A DNA stretch of 18,798 bases from Hadesarchaea archaeon. Its GTDB lineage: Archaea > Hadarchaeota > Hadarchaeia > Hadarchaeales > Hadarchaeaceae. Each line of letters starts with the position of its first letter. Within the stretch, counting starts at the first letter, position 1. The notes under the pieces are model-generated. The model did no database searches and was not told the DNA's origin. It was given only the letters and a program-made list of their open reading frames with translations. Location: positions 1 through 18,798 of the forward strand of contig JAPDJH010000008.1 of assembly GCA_029259175.1 (NCBI GenBank), in the 5' to 3' direction. Positions 1 to 7,019 of this stretch are shown piece after piece. The position numbers and the translations under genes are program-made.

Positions 1-1
1 G

Positions 2-118
2 CGCTTCTGCTGGGCCTTCGTCTTCTTCTACAACCGCTGCAGGTGGCATCAAACACTGAAGGGGCCTCCATCCGGGGGCGATGGTGGGTTAAAGAAGTGG
101 CTGGAGGTGGTTATTTGA
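2..118 (+). CDS. C-terminal 38 aa of a DDE transposase (IS6-like), 5'-truncated by window
   Basis: Manual translation (not in ORF track); YN-x-x-R-x-HQTL motif; TGA at 116-118. Confidence 0.68.
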   Translation, partial: RFCWAFVFFYNRCRWHQTLKGPPSGGDGGLKKWLEVVI

Positions 119-126
119 ACAGCATC
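111..126 (-). repeat. Candidate right terminal inverted repeat of the IS (GATGCTGTTCAAATAA on the minus strand)
   Basis: Resembles the G-x-x-x-CTGT ends of IS6-family elements and overlaps the transposase stop. The partner IR would be outside the window. Confidence 0.5.
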
Positions 127-163
127 TGTAGAGGTCGTCGTCAAGGATAATAGTAGTCTTCAC
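127..163 (-). pseudogene. N-terminal fragment (MKTTIILDDDLY) of a ribbon-helix-helix CopG/VapB-like protein interrupted by the IS
   Basis: GTG at 163, 15 nt after the PIN gene stop. The peptide fits the RHH beta-strand plus 'LDDDLY' helix start, and similarity ends at the inferred IS boundary (126/127). Confidence 0.6.
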
Positions 164-178
164 CTGTACATCTCTAAA

Positions 179-865
179 TTATTCCTTTTCTGTCCCGTCC
201 AACACGGCAACCACGGCTTGGCGACAGAGCTCCCGGATCACGCGGTGCTGCAACACACGGTCCGCCACGTATTCGTTCAGCACCGGCAGCAGATCGAGCA
301 CAAAACACTCGACGCCCTGCCCCCGGTTTGCTTCACCGCTTTCCTCTACCCCCTCCAATCGGCCGCCATTGCCCAGCTGCGACGCCAGGAGCGCCGCGAC
401 CCGATTCCTCAACCTCCGATAGTGCCCCACGGCCCTCCCGTACGACGCCCAGCTGCCATCCGTTTTTATCCATCCCAGCGACCTTGCACCGAGGTGCTCA
501 ACCAGCTCCCGGCGGAACTCGGGATCGAGGAACACCACGGGAAGCCCCAGGTGCGCCCCCAGCATCAGAGCCCTCAGATCGGTGAGCGGGATCCCGCGAT
601 CCACCGTGAAGAGTAATCTGCGAGCGAGTTCGTCGAGCAGCTCCGGCAGGTACAGGACGAGCAGGCGCCCCTCCCCCACCAACCGGCTCGCGAACGAGTA
701 GCGGATTTCGTGAGTGCGCACTCCGATGAGCTTGTCTCGCGCCAGCCAGCAGTAGGTGGAGGCCGGAAGATAAAGAGAACCGCGCACCAGCGAACAGGCA
801 CGTTTGAAGGTCTCGGCATTCACCAGCGCGCTCACATCACAGACAGCCCCGTATCTCACAGCCAT
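179..865 (-). CDS. Divergent PIN-domain protein (COG2405/VapC-like) with C-terminal extension, 228 aa
   Basis: PIN-like motifs: AVCDVSALV (beta1 Asp), LYLPAST, and IPLTDLRALMLGAHLGLPVVFLDPEFRR..HLGARSLG. ATG at 865 with a TATA box about 27 nt upstream. Confidence 0.6.
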   Translation of the reverse strand: MAVRYGAVCDVSALVNAETFKRACSLVRGSLYLPASTYCWLARDKLIGVRTHEIRYSFASRLVGEGRLLVLYLPELLDELARRLLFTVDRGIPLTDLRALMLGAHLGLPVVFLDPEFRRELVEHLGARSLGWIKTDGSWASYGRAVGHYRRLRNRVAALLASQLGNGGRLEGVEESGEANRGQGVECFVLDLLPVLNEYVADRVLQHRVIRELCRQAVVAVLDGTEKE

Positions 866-885
866 CCCACTGACGTTTGCGAGGA

Positions 886-901
886 AGGTTGCTTATAAAG
901 A
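886..901 (-). promoter_or_regulatory. TATA-containing promoter element TCTTTATAAGCAACCT (copy 1) for the PIN gene
   Basis: TTTATAAG at a typical distance from the start codon; identical 16-mer at 18635-18650. Confidence 0.7.
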
Positions 902-967
902 CAAAAAAATCAAAATTCGCAGCAAAACTTCTCTGTGCCCACACGTCTCAGCTGACCTTCGAGCCGT

Positions 968-995
968 GTGCTTATTAATCGCGATTAAGTTGCAC
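968..995. repeat. 28-bp inverted repeat GTGCTTATTAA-TCGCGA-TTAAGTTGCAC (dif-like site or TF operator)
   Basis: Perfect 14-bp palindrome TTAATCGCGATTAA (975-988) plus symmetric GTGC/GCAC ends; intergenic. The repeat is directly visible, its function is inferred. Confidence 0.75.
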
Positions 996-1011
996 CTCAC
1001 ACCGCCACCGC

Positions 1012-1018
1012 TTTAAAC
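1012..1018 (+). promoter_or_regulatory. TATA box (TTTAAAC) for the cyclophilin-like gene
   Basis: About 23 nt upstream of ATG 1041, consistent with a leaderless or short-leader transcript. Confidence 0.5.
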
Positions 1019-1040
1019 CCGCCATGCCAATTCCTCTGTG

Positions 1041-1397
1041 ATGCCTCGCCGGATCCGCATTTCCTGCCGCGACTTCTCGGTGGAAGCCGAGCTCCTCGAG
1101 CGGGAGCGCCCGCAGACCTGCGACGCCATCTGGAAAGCCCTCCCCCTCGAAGCCGAACTCGAGATCTGGAAGGAGGAGGTGTACTTCGACATCCCCGTGC
1201 GCATCCCTCCCGAGAACCCGACCCCGTCCACTCAGACCGGCGACGTCGCCTACTGGCCGGAGGGCCCCGGCTTCTGCATTTTCTTCGGCCGCTCCCAGCC
1301 CCTCAGCCCCGTCAACACCTTCGCCAAGATCAAGCAGGGCATCGAAAACTTCAGGAAAGTCAAAACTGGAGATAAAATCAAAGTCGAACGCGCCTAG
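1041..1397 (+). CDS. Cyclophilin-like fold protein (COG2164/DUF369-type)
   Basis: P.T..AIW.ALP, W.EEVYF.IP, GDVAYWPEG..FCIFFG and SPVN motifs. Start is ATG 1041 or GTG 1038. Confidence 0.85.
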   Translation: MPRRIRISCRDFSVEAELLERERPQTCDAIWKALPLEAELEIWKEEVYFDIPVRIPPENPTPSTQTGDVAYWPEGPGFCIFFGRSQPLSPVNTFAKIKQGIENFRKVKTGDKIKVERA

Positions 1398-2437
1398 ATC
1401 ACTCCCGTGGTCTTTGCCAGCCTCTCCGCCGCACGCCTGCTGAGCCCCCGCCCCAGCACCGTGTAACGTTCTGGTCTTATTCGGTGCGCGATGGTCAGGG
1501 CTTTCACAACGTGCTTGGGCTCGATCCCCAGACCCCTTGCATCCGTGGGCGCCCCAATCGTCTCCAGCGCCTCCCTGATCGCCTCCCAGTCCTCCCCATG
1601 CAGATAGGCCATCATTATCGCTCCCACCCCGCACTGCTCGCCATGCAACGCCGGCTTCGGGACCACCAGATCCAGCGCGTGACTGAACAAGTGCTCCGCC
1701 CCGCTCGCCGGCCTCGAACTCCCCGCTATGGCCATCGCCACACTACTCGAAATCAGCGACTTCACAACCTTTCGCACGCTCTCCTCCGTGTGCTTCCGGA
1801 TGACCGGAGCGTTCTCGATCACCAGCTGAGCGCTCACCAGCGAGAGCGTTGCCGCGTATTCGCTATACGGCTCTCCGCGCAGCCGATGCGCCAACTGCCA
1901 ATCGCGCACCGCCGTGAGATTGGCCACGAGATCTCCGCACCCCGCCGCCAACAACCGGTGTGGCGCCCGCTTGATCACCAGCGTGTCCGCCACTATGGCC
2001 AGGGGGGCGTGCGTCTGAACCGACGCCGGTCTGCGTCCTCCTCTGATCGACGCACGCGCAGACGCGATTCCGTCGTGTGACGCCGCCGTGGGAACCGATA
2101 TGAAGGGTTTGCCGACCTGAAACGACGCGTACTTCGCAACATCTATGGGTCTGCCTCCTCCCACTCCCAACAAAAACCCGCTCGACCGTGCGATCCGTTC
2201 CACCTCCCGAACCGTCTGCATATCCGCCTCCCGAATAAACACGTGCGCCACTTCGTATCCCCGCGCTCTTAACAGCCGCTCCACCCTTTTTCCTGCGACC
2301 TCGTACGTCCGTCTGTCCGCCACCACCACCGCAGGCCCTTCGAGTCCCAACCGCTCACATACCTCTCCCACCCGGCTCAAAACCCGTGGGCCCATCAAAA
2401 CCTCGCGCGGGAGCTGAATGAGCTTGGGCTCCTTCAC
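1394..2437 (-). CDS. egsA: sn-glycerol-1-phosphate dehydrogenase [NAD(P)+], archaeal ether lipid backbone
   Basis: GVGGGRPIDVAK, SVPTAASHDGIAS, SSRPASGAEHLFSHALD, ALHGEQCGVG and RPERYT motifs. Confidence 0.97.
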   Translation of the reverse strand: MKEPKLIQLPREVLMGPRVLSRVGEVCERLGLEGPAVVVADRRTYEVAGKRVERLLRARGYEVAHVFIREADMQTVREVERIARSSGFLLGVGGGRPIDVAKYASFQVGKPFISVPTAASHDGIASARASIRGGRRPASVQTHAPLAIVADTLVIKRAPHRLLAAGCGDLVANLTAVRDWQLAHRLRGEPYSEYAATLSLVSAQLVIENAPVIRKHTEESVRKVVKSLISSSVAMAIAGSSRPASGAEHLFSHALDLVVPKPALHGEQCGVGAIMMAYLHGEDWEAIREALETIGAPTDARGLGIEPKHVVKALTIAHRIRPERYTVLGRGLSRRAAERLAKTTGVI

Positions 2438-2466
2438 CCGGCCACCGCTTCACTATCCTTGGTAAA

Positions 2467-2476
2467 GTTTATAAAC
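2467..2476. promoter_or_regulatory. Palindromic TATA box GTTTATAAAC between divergent egsA and psmB
   Basis: Perfect 10-bp palindrome about 30 nt from the egsA start and about 35 nt from the psmB start. Confidence 0.65.
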
Positions 2477-2510
2477 AATCCCAGCCGTAGTCTTAACCGG
2501 CAGGGTTTTT

Positions 2511-3161
2511 ATGCCGTCTTTTGGCTCAAAACCAAAGCTGGACAAGGACCAAGAAAAACACCTCAAGGGGACGACAACCGTCGGGATCGTGTGCCAAGAC
2601 GGTGTGGTCCTAGCCACCGACACCCGGGCCACCGCCGGTTATCTGGTGGCCAGCAAGACGGCCCGCAAGATCTACCCCGTCTCATCGCACATCGCATTCA
2701 CCACAGCCGGAGGGGTGGCCGACACCCAGCGCCTTGTCGACATCATGCGCGCCGAAACCAGCTACTACCAAATCTCCGAAGGAGCCCTCATGCCCGTGAG
2801 CGCGTGCGCCCGCTTGCTGGCCAACATCCTCAACGCGTACTCCTTCCTCCCCCTCATCGCCAACATCTTAGTGGGAGGCGTCGACGCCCGTGGCCCCCAT
2901 CTTTACTTTCTCGACCTCGATGGCGGGCTCACCGAAGAGGAGATGGTCGCCACCGGCTCTGGCTCGCCCGTAGCGTACGGCCTCTTGGAGAGCTCATTCA
3001 AATCAGGAATGCGCGCCTCTGAGGCCCTCCCGATCGCCGTCCGCGCCGTCCAGATGGCCATGCGCCGCGACATCGCCACCGGCAACGAAGTAATGGCCGC
3101 CTCCATCACCGACAGGGGATACCGCGAGCTCTCCCCAGCCGAGATCAAAAGGATGGTGTAG
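2511..3161 (+). CDS. psmB: 20S proteasome beta subunit with a 20-aa propeptide
   Basis: HLKG|TTTVGI autocleavage site (catalytic Thr1), DTRATAG, AGGVADTQ, ATGSGSPVAYG, RDIATG. Confidence 0.97.
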   Translation: MPSFGSKPKLDKDQEKHLKGTTTVGIVCQDGVVLATDTRATAGYLVASKTARKIYPVSSHIAFTTAGGVADTQRLVDIMRAETSYYQISEGALMPVSACARLLANILNAYSFLPLIANILVGGVDARGPHLYFLDLDGGLTEEEMVATGSGSPVAYGLLESSFKSGMRASEALPIAVRAVQMAMRRDIATGNEVMAASITDRGYRELSPAEIKRMV

Positions 3162-3170
3162 TCGCTCACG

Positions 3171-5081
3171 ATGACCGGTGCCGAAGAGCTATTGAAAGAA
3201 ATCAAGCGGATAATAAAAGAGGAGACCCCATTCGCGCGTGCCGTCAGCGACGTGGGCTTCGAGGGGCCAAACGTCGTGCTCTACTGCAAAGACCTCGCCC
3301 CGCTCACCGAGAATGGTGACGCCATCCGAGAACTCGCCAAACGCCTCCGCAAGCGCGTGATCCTGCGCCCCCATCCCTCCGTCCTTCTGCCCAAGGAAGA
3401 CGCCGAGCGCATCATACGCGAGTTTCTCCCAGCAGAGGCGGGAGTGGGAGACATCATCTTCAACGAGGACATCGGAGAAGTGGTCATCGAGACCGAGAAA
3501 CCGGGACTGGCCATCGGAAAGGAAGGCACTACTCTCCGCGAACTCATGTACAAGATCGGGTGGACTCCCCGCATCGTGCGCACCCCGCCCATCAAATCGG
3601 ACCTCGTGCGCAACATTCGCCTCTCCATGATTCACGCCGGAGTCGAGCGCCGCGACATCCTGCGCCGCATCGGGGCGCGCATCCACCGCGCGCGCAAAGC
3701 CAAGGAGGAGTGGATTCGCGTCAGCACCCTCGGAGGTGCCCGCGAAGTGGGTCGTTCCTGCTTGTTGCTCCAAACCGCCGAGAGCTCAGTGCTCATCGAC
3801 TGCGGTGTCAACGTGGCCTCGGAAGAGCGCGCCTTCCCCTATCTGGACCTCCCGGAAGTGGATCTGGAAAACCTAGACGCAGTCATCATCACGCACGCAC
3901 ACCTCGATCACTGCGGCTTCATCCCCGCCCTCTACAACCGTGGCTACCGCGGCCCCGTGTACTGCACCCCTCCGACCCGAGACCTCGCCGTCCTCCTCCA
4001 GCTCGACTACATCGAGATCGCCGAGCGCGAGGACAAACCACTCCCCTACGAAAAGCGCGACATCAGCCGCTTCTTGGCCCACACCATCCCGCTCAACTAC
4101 GGAGAGGTGACCGACATCGCGCCCGACATCCGCGCGACCTTCCACAACGCCGGCCACATCCTCGGCTCCTCCATCGTGCACTTCCACATCGGTGACGGCC
4201 TCTACAACGTGGTGTGCACCGGCGACCTCAAATTCGATCATACCCGCCTTTTCTCCCCAGCCGCGCACTCGTTCCCGCGCAACGAGACCATAATCATCGA
4301 GAGCACCTACGGTGGTCCCCAAGACCTGATGCCCCGCCGCCAGCAAGCGGAGGAGGAACTCGTACGCACGGTGCTCGAAACCACTCGCCGCGGAGGCAAG
4401 GTGCTGATCCCCGCTTTCGCCGTTGGACGCGCTCAGGAGATAATGGTGCTGCTCGAGGACTATCACCGACGCGGAGAGCTAGAGGGCATACCCATCTACT
4501 TGGACGGCATGATATGGGAGGCCACCGCCATCCACACGGCCTATCCAGAGTACCTGTCGCGCGATCTCCGCGAGCTCATCTTCAAAAACGATCAAAACCC
4601 CTTCCTCTCCGACCTCTTCATCAAAGTCGCAGGAGCGAATCAACGGCAGGACATAATCGAGGGAGAACCCTCCGTGATCATCTCGACCGCCGGCATGATG
4701 ACGGGCGGTCCTGTCCTGGAGTACTTCAAGCACCTCGCCCCAGACCCCAACAACACCCTCATCTTCGTCGGCTACCAATCCGAGGGATCCCTCGGCCGGC
4801 GCATCCAGAAGGGCTGGCGAGAGATCCCCCTCAAGGACGAGCGCGGACGCCTCAAAGAAGTAAAAGTGGAACTCGAGGTGAAGACCATCGACGGCTTCAG
4901 CGGCCACTCCGACCGCCAGCAGCTCCTCAACTACCTCAGACGGGTGCGACCAAAACCCGAACGCGTGATCTGCGTTCACGGAGAAGAAAACAAGTGTCTC
5001 TCGCTCGCCAGCAGCGCCCACCGAATGCTCGGAATCGAAACCAGAGCCCCCCTGAACCTCGAGACCATCAGGCTCTACTGA
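3171..5081 (+). CDS. fttA: aCPSF1/FttA beta-CASP ribonuclease with N-terminal KH domains (transcription termination factor)
   Basis: KPGLAIGK KH motif, LGGAREVGRS, THAHLDHCG, NAGHILGS, ESTYGG, GFSGHSD, HGE; 636 aa; conserved position after psmB. Confidence 0.97.
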   Translation: MTGAEELLKEIKRIIKEETPFARAVSDVGFEGPNVVLYCKDLAPLTENGDAIRELAKRLRKRVILRPHPSVLLPKEDAERIIREFLPAEAGVGDIIFNEDIGEVVIETEKPGLAIGKEGTTLRELMYKIGWTPRIVRTPPIKSDLVRNIRLSMIHAGVERRDILRRIGARIHRARKAKEEWIRVSTLGGAREVGRSCLLLQTAESSVLIDCGVNVASEERAFPYLDLPEVDLENLDAVIITHAHLDHCGFIPALYNRGYRGPVYCTPPTRDLAVLLQLDYIEIAEREDKPLPYEKRDISRFLAHTIPLNYGEVTDIAPDIRATFHNAGHILGSSIVHFHIGDGLYNVVCTGDLKFDHTRLFSPAAHSFPRNETIIIESTYGGPQDLMPRRQQAEEELVRTVLETTRRGGKVLIPAFAVGRAQEIMVLLEDYHRRGELEGIPIYLDGMIWEATAIHTAYPEYLSRDLRELIFKNDQNPFLSDLFIKVAGANQRQDIIEGEPSVIISTAGMMTGGPVLEYFKHLAPDPNNTLIFVGYQSEGSLGRRIQKGWREIPLKDERGRLKEVKVELEVKTIDGFSGHSDRQQLLNYLRRVRPKPERVICVHGEENKCLSLASSAHRMLGIETRAPLNLETIRLY

Positions 5082-5619
5082 GCTCCTCCGACGTGAGCGG
5101 TCTGCTCCGCGCCTTTGGATGCACAATGGCGCTCTGTCCCCGGGGATCCCACACCACGAGCGTCGCCTGGGCTTTTCCCTCCCGCAGCTCCGCGATGGTG
5201 CGCAGCCGTTTATCCGCGGCTTCCCGAGTCTGGGGATCCGCTCCGACTTTGGCGCTTTCGATCGCCCGTTCGATCCGGTCCAGCACCCCCTCCACGTTCG
5301 ATACAAAACCCTCGCTGCGCGGCCCCGGCGAAATGCTGACACCAAGCTCCGGAATCTCGACAACACCCGTGCTCGAGCGCACAACACGGATTTTCATGTC
5401 CTCGGCTGATTCGATCCGCAGCTCGTAGCGTCGGGGCTCCTTCTCTTCTGTGTGCATCACGTCCGCGTGTCTAAACCCGCAGCGACGACAAACAATCACA
5501 GACTCGATGGTCTCCCCGAAGTACGGAATCTCGTGGATCATCCCAACGAGCTCGCACACCCCTTCAGCCCCACAAAATGGACACCGCTCGAACTGAATCC
5601 GAAAACTGCGGGTCTCCAT
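5068..5619 (-). CDS. ZPR1-related zinc-finger protein
   Basis: CPFC...IPYFGE...CRRCGFRHADV, VVRSSTG, IPELG, PGP.SEGFVSNVEGVL, DP.G.S.I motifs. Confidence 0.94.
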   Translation of the reverse strand: METRSFRIQFERCPFCGAEGVCELVGMIHEIPYFGETIESVIVCRRCGFRHADVMHTEEKEPRRYELRIESAEDMKIRVVRSSTGVVEIPELGVSISPGPRSEGFVSNVEGVLDRIERAIESAKVGADPQTREAADKRLRTIAELREGKAQATLVVWDPRGQSAIVHPKARSRPLTSEELSRA

Positions 5620-5640
5620 CCCAGTGCACCAACGAGGGCT

Positions 5641-6024
5641 TCAGGAAGCTGCTCTCCTGAACTGAATCCGGATGAACTTTGGCGTCATTATAATCTTTGT
5701 ATCGGTCAGCTTTCCGATATCTCCTCCGTAGCGCTTGCACACATCCTTGAGCTGCTCCACCACTCTCCGGAGCTCTGCCGGGTCTCTCCGCAAGAACTCC
5801 TGGATATCCGCAATAATGATGTTGCCCCGGCGAATCTCCTCTGCAACTTCGTTGACCTCCACCGCGTCCTGAAGCTCCATGCTCTTCACATAGAGCGGCT
5901 CCGTCTCAATATCGGGGGCCGAAAACCGCTCTTCGACCTCGAGCACCGGCACTTCCTGCGTGACCTCGTCCGGAACCTCCTTCGGCTTCTCGAACAGTCG
6001 TTTCAAAGCACGCAAACGAACCAC
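5641..6024 (-). CDS. sepF: Cell division protein SepF (DUF552)
   Basis: EEIRRGNIIIADI...GGDIGKL...IIMTPKFIRI archaeal SepF core; basic/amphipathic N-terminus (LKRLF); typical ZPR1/PUA neighbourhood. Confidence 0.9.
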   Translation of the reverse strand: MVRLRALKRLFEKPKEVPDEVTQEVPVLEVEERFSAPDIETEPLYVKSMELQDAVEVNEVAEEIRRGNIIIADIQEFLRRDPAELRRVVEQLKDVCKRYGGDIGKLTDTKIIMTPKFIRIQFRRAAS

Positions 6025-6050
6025 CGGCCAAAACCATCCTGTGCTTCCAA

Positions 6051-6058
6051 ATATTTAA
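6051..6058 (-). promoter_or_regulatory. TATA box (TTAAATAT on minus) for sepF-ZPR1
   Basis: About 27 nt upstream of GTG 6024 in the short PUA-sepF gap. Confidence 0.5.
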
Positions 6059-6060
6059 CC

Positions 6061-6543
6061 TTATGGAGTTGCTCCCTCCGAAGCCCTCCAGAACTCGTCG
6101 CCCACGTAGTGCAAGTTCTTCACAACTCGCCCGCTCTTCCCCCTCATTTGACCGCCAGGTACGAGCGCCTCACCCACCGCCAACGGTTTCTTGTGTCTTT
6201 CGTCCACCACCAGCACCAGATCGCCGGCTTTGATAGACGCATCCGCCTCTCTTACCCCCGGCGCCATCACATCCGCCCCTCGGCACACCGGGCTCACCGC
6301 TCCCATATCGACCACCACGCGCGGGAGCTTCAGAGCACCCACGGCCTTCAGCATGGGCACAACGCGCTCACCAGCTATGAACAGCGGCTCACCTCCCGAC
6401 CACACCAGCTGTCTTTCTCCGATCTCCCACACCTCCACTTGCTTTCCCAAGCGCTCAGCCAGCGGTGCCAACACCTGCGGAAGCCGCGCTTTGAGTTCTC
6501 GTATCTTGTCCTTTCGAAGCCAGTACCTCCGAATCCCCGGCAT
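6061..6543 (-). CDS. PUA-domain RNA-binding protein (COG2016, MCT-1/Tma20-like)
   Basis: VVVDMGAV..VCRGADVMAPGV, GDLVLVVDERH.KPLAVG, G.VVKNLHYVGD motifs. Confidence 0.93.
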   Translation of the reverse strand: MPGIRRYWLRKDKIRELKARLPQVLAPLAERLGKQVEVWEIGERQLVWSGGEPLFIAGERVVPMLKAVGALKLPRVVVDMGAVSPVCRGADVMAPGVREADASIKAGDLVLVVDERHKKPLAVGEALVPGGQMRGKSGRVVKNLHYVGDEFWRASEGATP

Positions 6544-6566
6544 TCACTACCCCATCGTGAAAAACC

Positions 6567-6574
6567 TATAAATA
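6567..6574. promoter_or_regulatory. TATA box TATAAATA with upstream GAAAAA BRE-like tract between divergent PUA and lsm genes
   Basis: About 28 nt upstream of lsm ATG; reads TTTATA on the minus strand about 24 nt from the PUA ATG; AGGTGA SD precedes lsm. Confidence 0.65.
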
Positions 6575-6602
6575 CCGAGCCTAGTAGGAGTAGGTGAGCT
6601 GC

Positions 6603-6827
6603 ATGGCAGAGAGACCCTTGGACGTGCTCAACCGCTCACTTGGAGTTCAGGTCCTCGTGGGACTCAAGGGCGGAAAAGAGTTTCGCGGCAAGCTCGCGGG
6701 GTTCGACATGCACGTCAATCTCGTGCTAGAAGAAGCCGAAGAAATCCAGGGTGGCGAATCGGTCAGGCGTTTTGGCACCCTCGTGATCCGCGGCGACAGT
6801 GTGGTGTACATCTCCCCTGCGGGGTGA
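6603..6827 (+). CDS. lsm: Sm-like archaeal protein (Lsm/SmAP1)
   Basis: [26 protein letters not shown] (Sm1) and [11 protein letters not shown] (Sm2); ATG 6603. Confidence 0.96.
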   Translation: MAERPLDVLNRSLGVQVLVGLKGGKEFRGKLAGFDMHVNLVLEEAEEIQGGESVRRFGTLVIRGDSVVYISPAG

Positions 6828-6831
6828 TCGG

Positions 6832-7017
6832 ATGAGCAAGGGTACTCCCTCCATGGGTCCGCGCCACAAGGTGACCCACATCCGCTGCCGCCGCTGTGGG
6901 AGGCGGGCCTACCACGCACAGAAAAAGGTGTGCGCCGCCTGCGGTTTCGGTCGCTCGCGCCGCATCAAGCGGTATAGATGGAAAAACAAAACCGTTCAGG
7001 GGCGGCGGCTCCGATAA
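6832..7017 (+). CDS. rpl37e: 50S ribosomal protein L37e
   Basis: MSKGTPSMG...[14 protein letters not shown]....CAACGFG; GGGGTGA SD; classic lsm-rpl37e operon. Confidence 0.97.
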   Translation: MSKGTPSMGPRHKVTHIRCRRCGRRAYHAQKKVCAACGFGRSRRIKRYRWKNKTVQGRRLR

Positions 7018-7019
7018 GC

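Larger units (their letters stand above)
1..126 (+). mobile_element. Right end of a probable IS6-family insertion sequence (truncated by window edge)
   Basis: Frame 2..118 reads RFCWAFVFFYNRCRWHQTLKGPP...EVVI*, resembling the 'F..FYN..R.HQ.L' C-terminus of archaeal IS6/DDE transposases. The stop codon lies inside a candidate terminal IR (111-126). Confidence 0.68.

Noticed and set aside
218-616. 132-aa plus-strand ORF
   Set aside because: Antisense to the PIN-like gene, with shadow-type composition (H/Q/P-rich).
940-970. Weak hairpin CACACG...CGTGTG
   Set aside because: Only a 6-bp stem plus 3 bp; no U-tract or recognisable RNA motif; could be chance.
4214-6597. Long alternative ORFs 4214..5428 (+), 4479..5387 (-) and 5452..6597 (+)
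   Set aside because: They overlap well-supported genes (fttA, ZPR1, sepF, PUA) and have R/P/H-rich shadow-frame composition typical of high-GC DNA.
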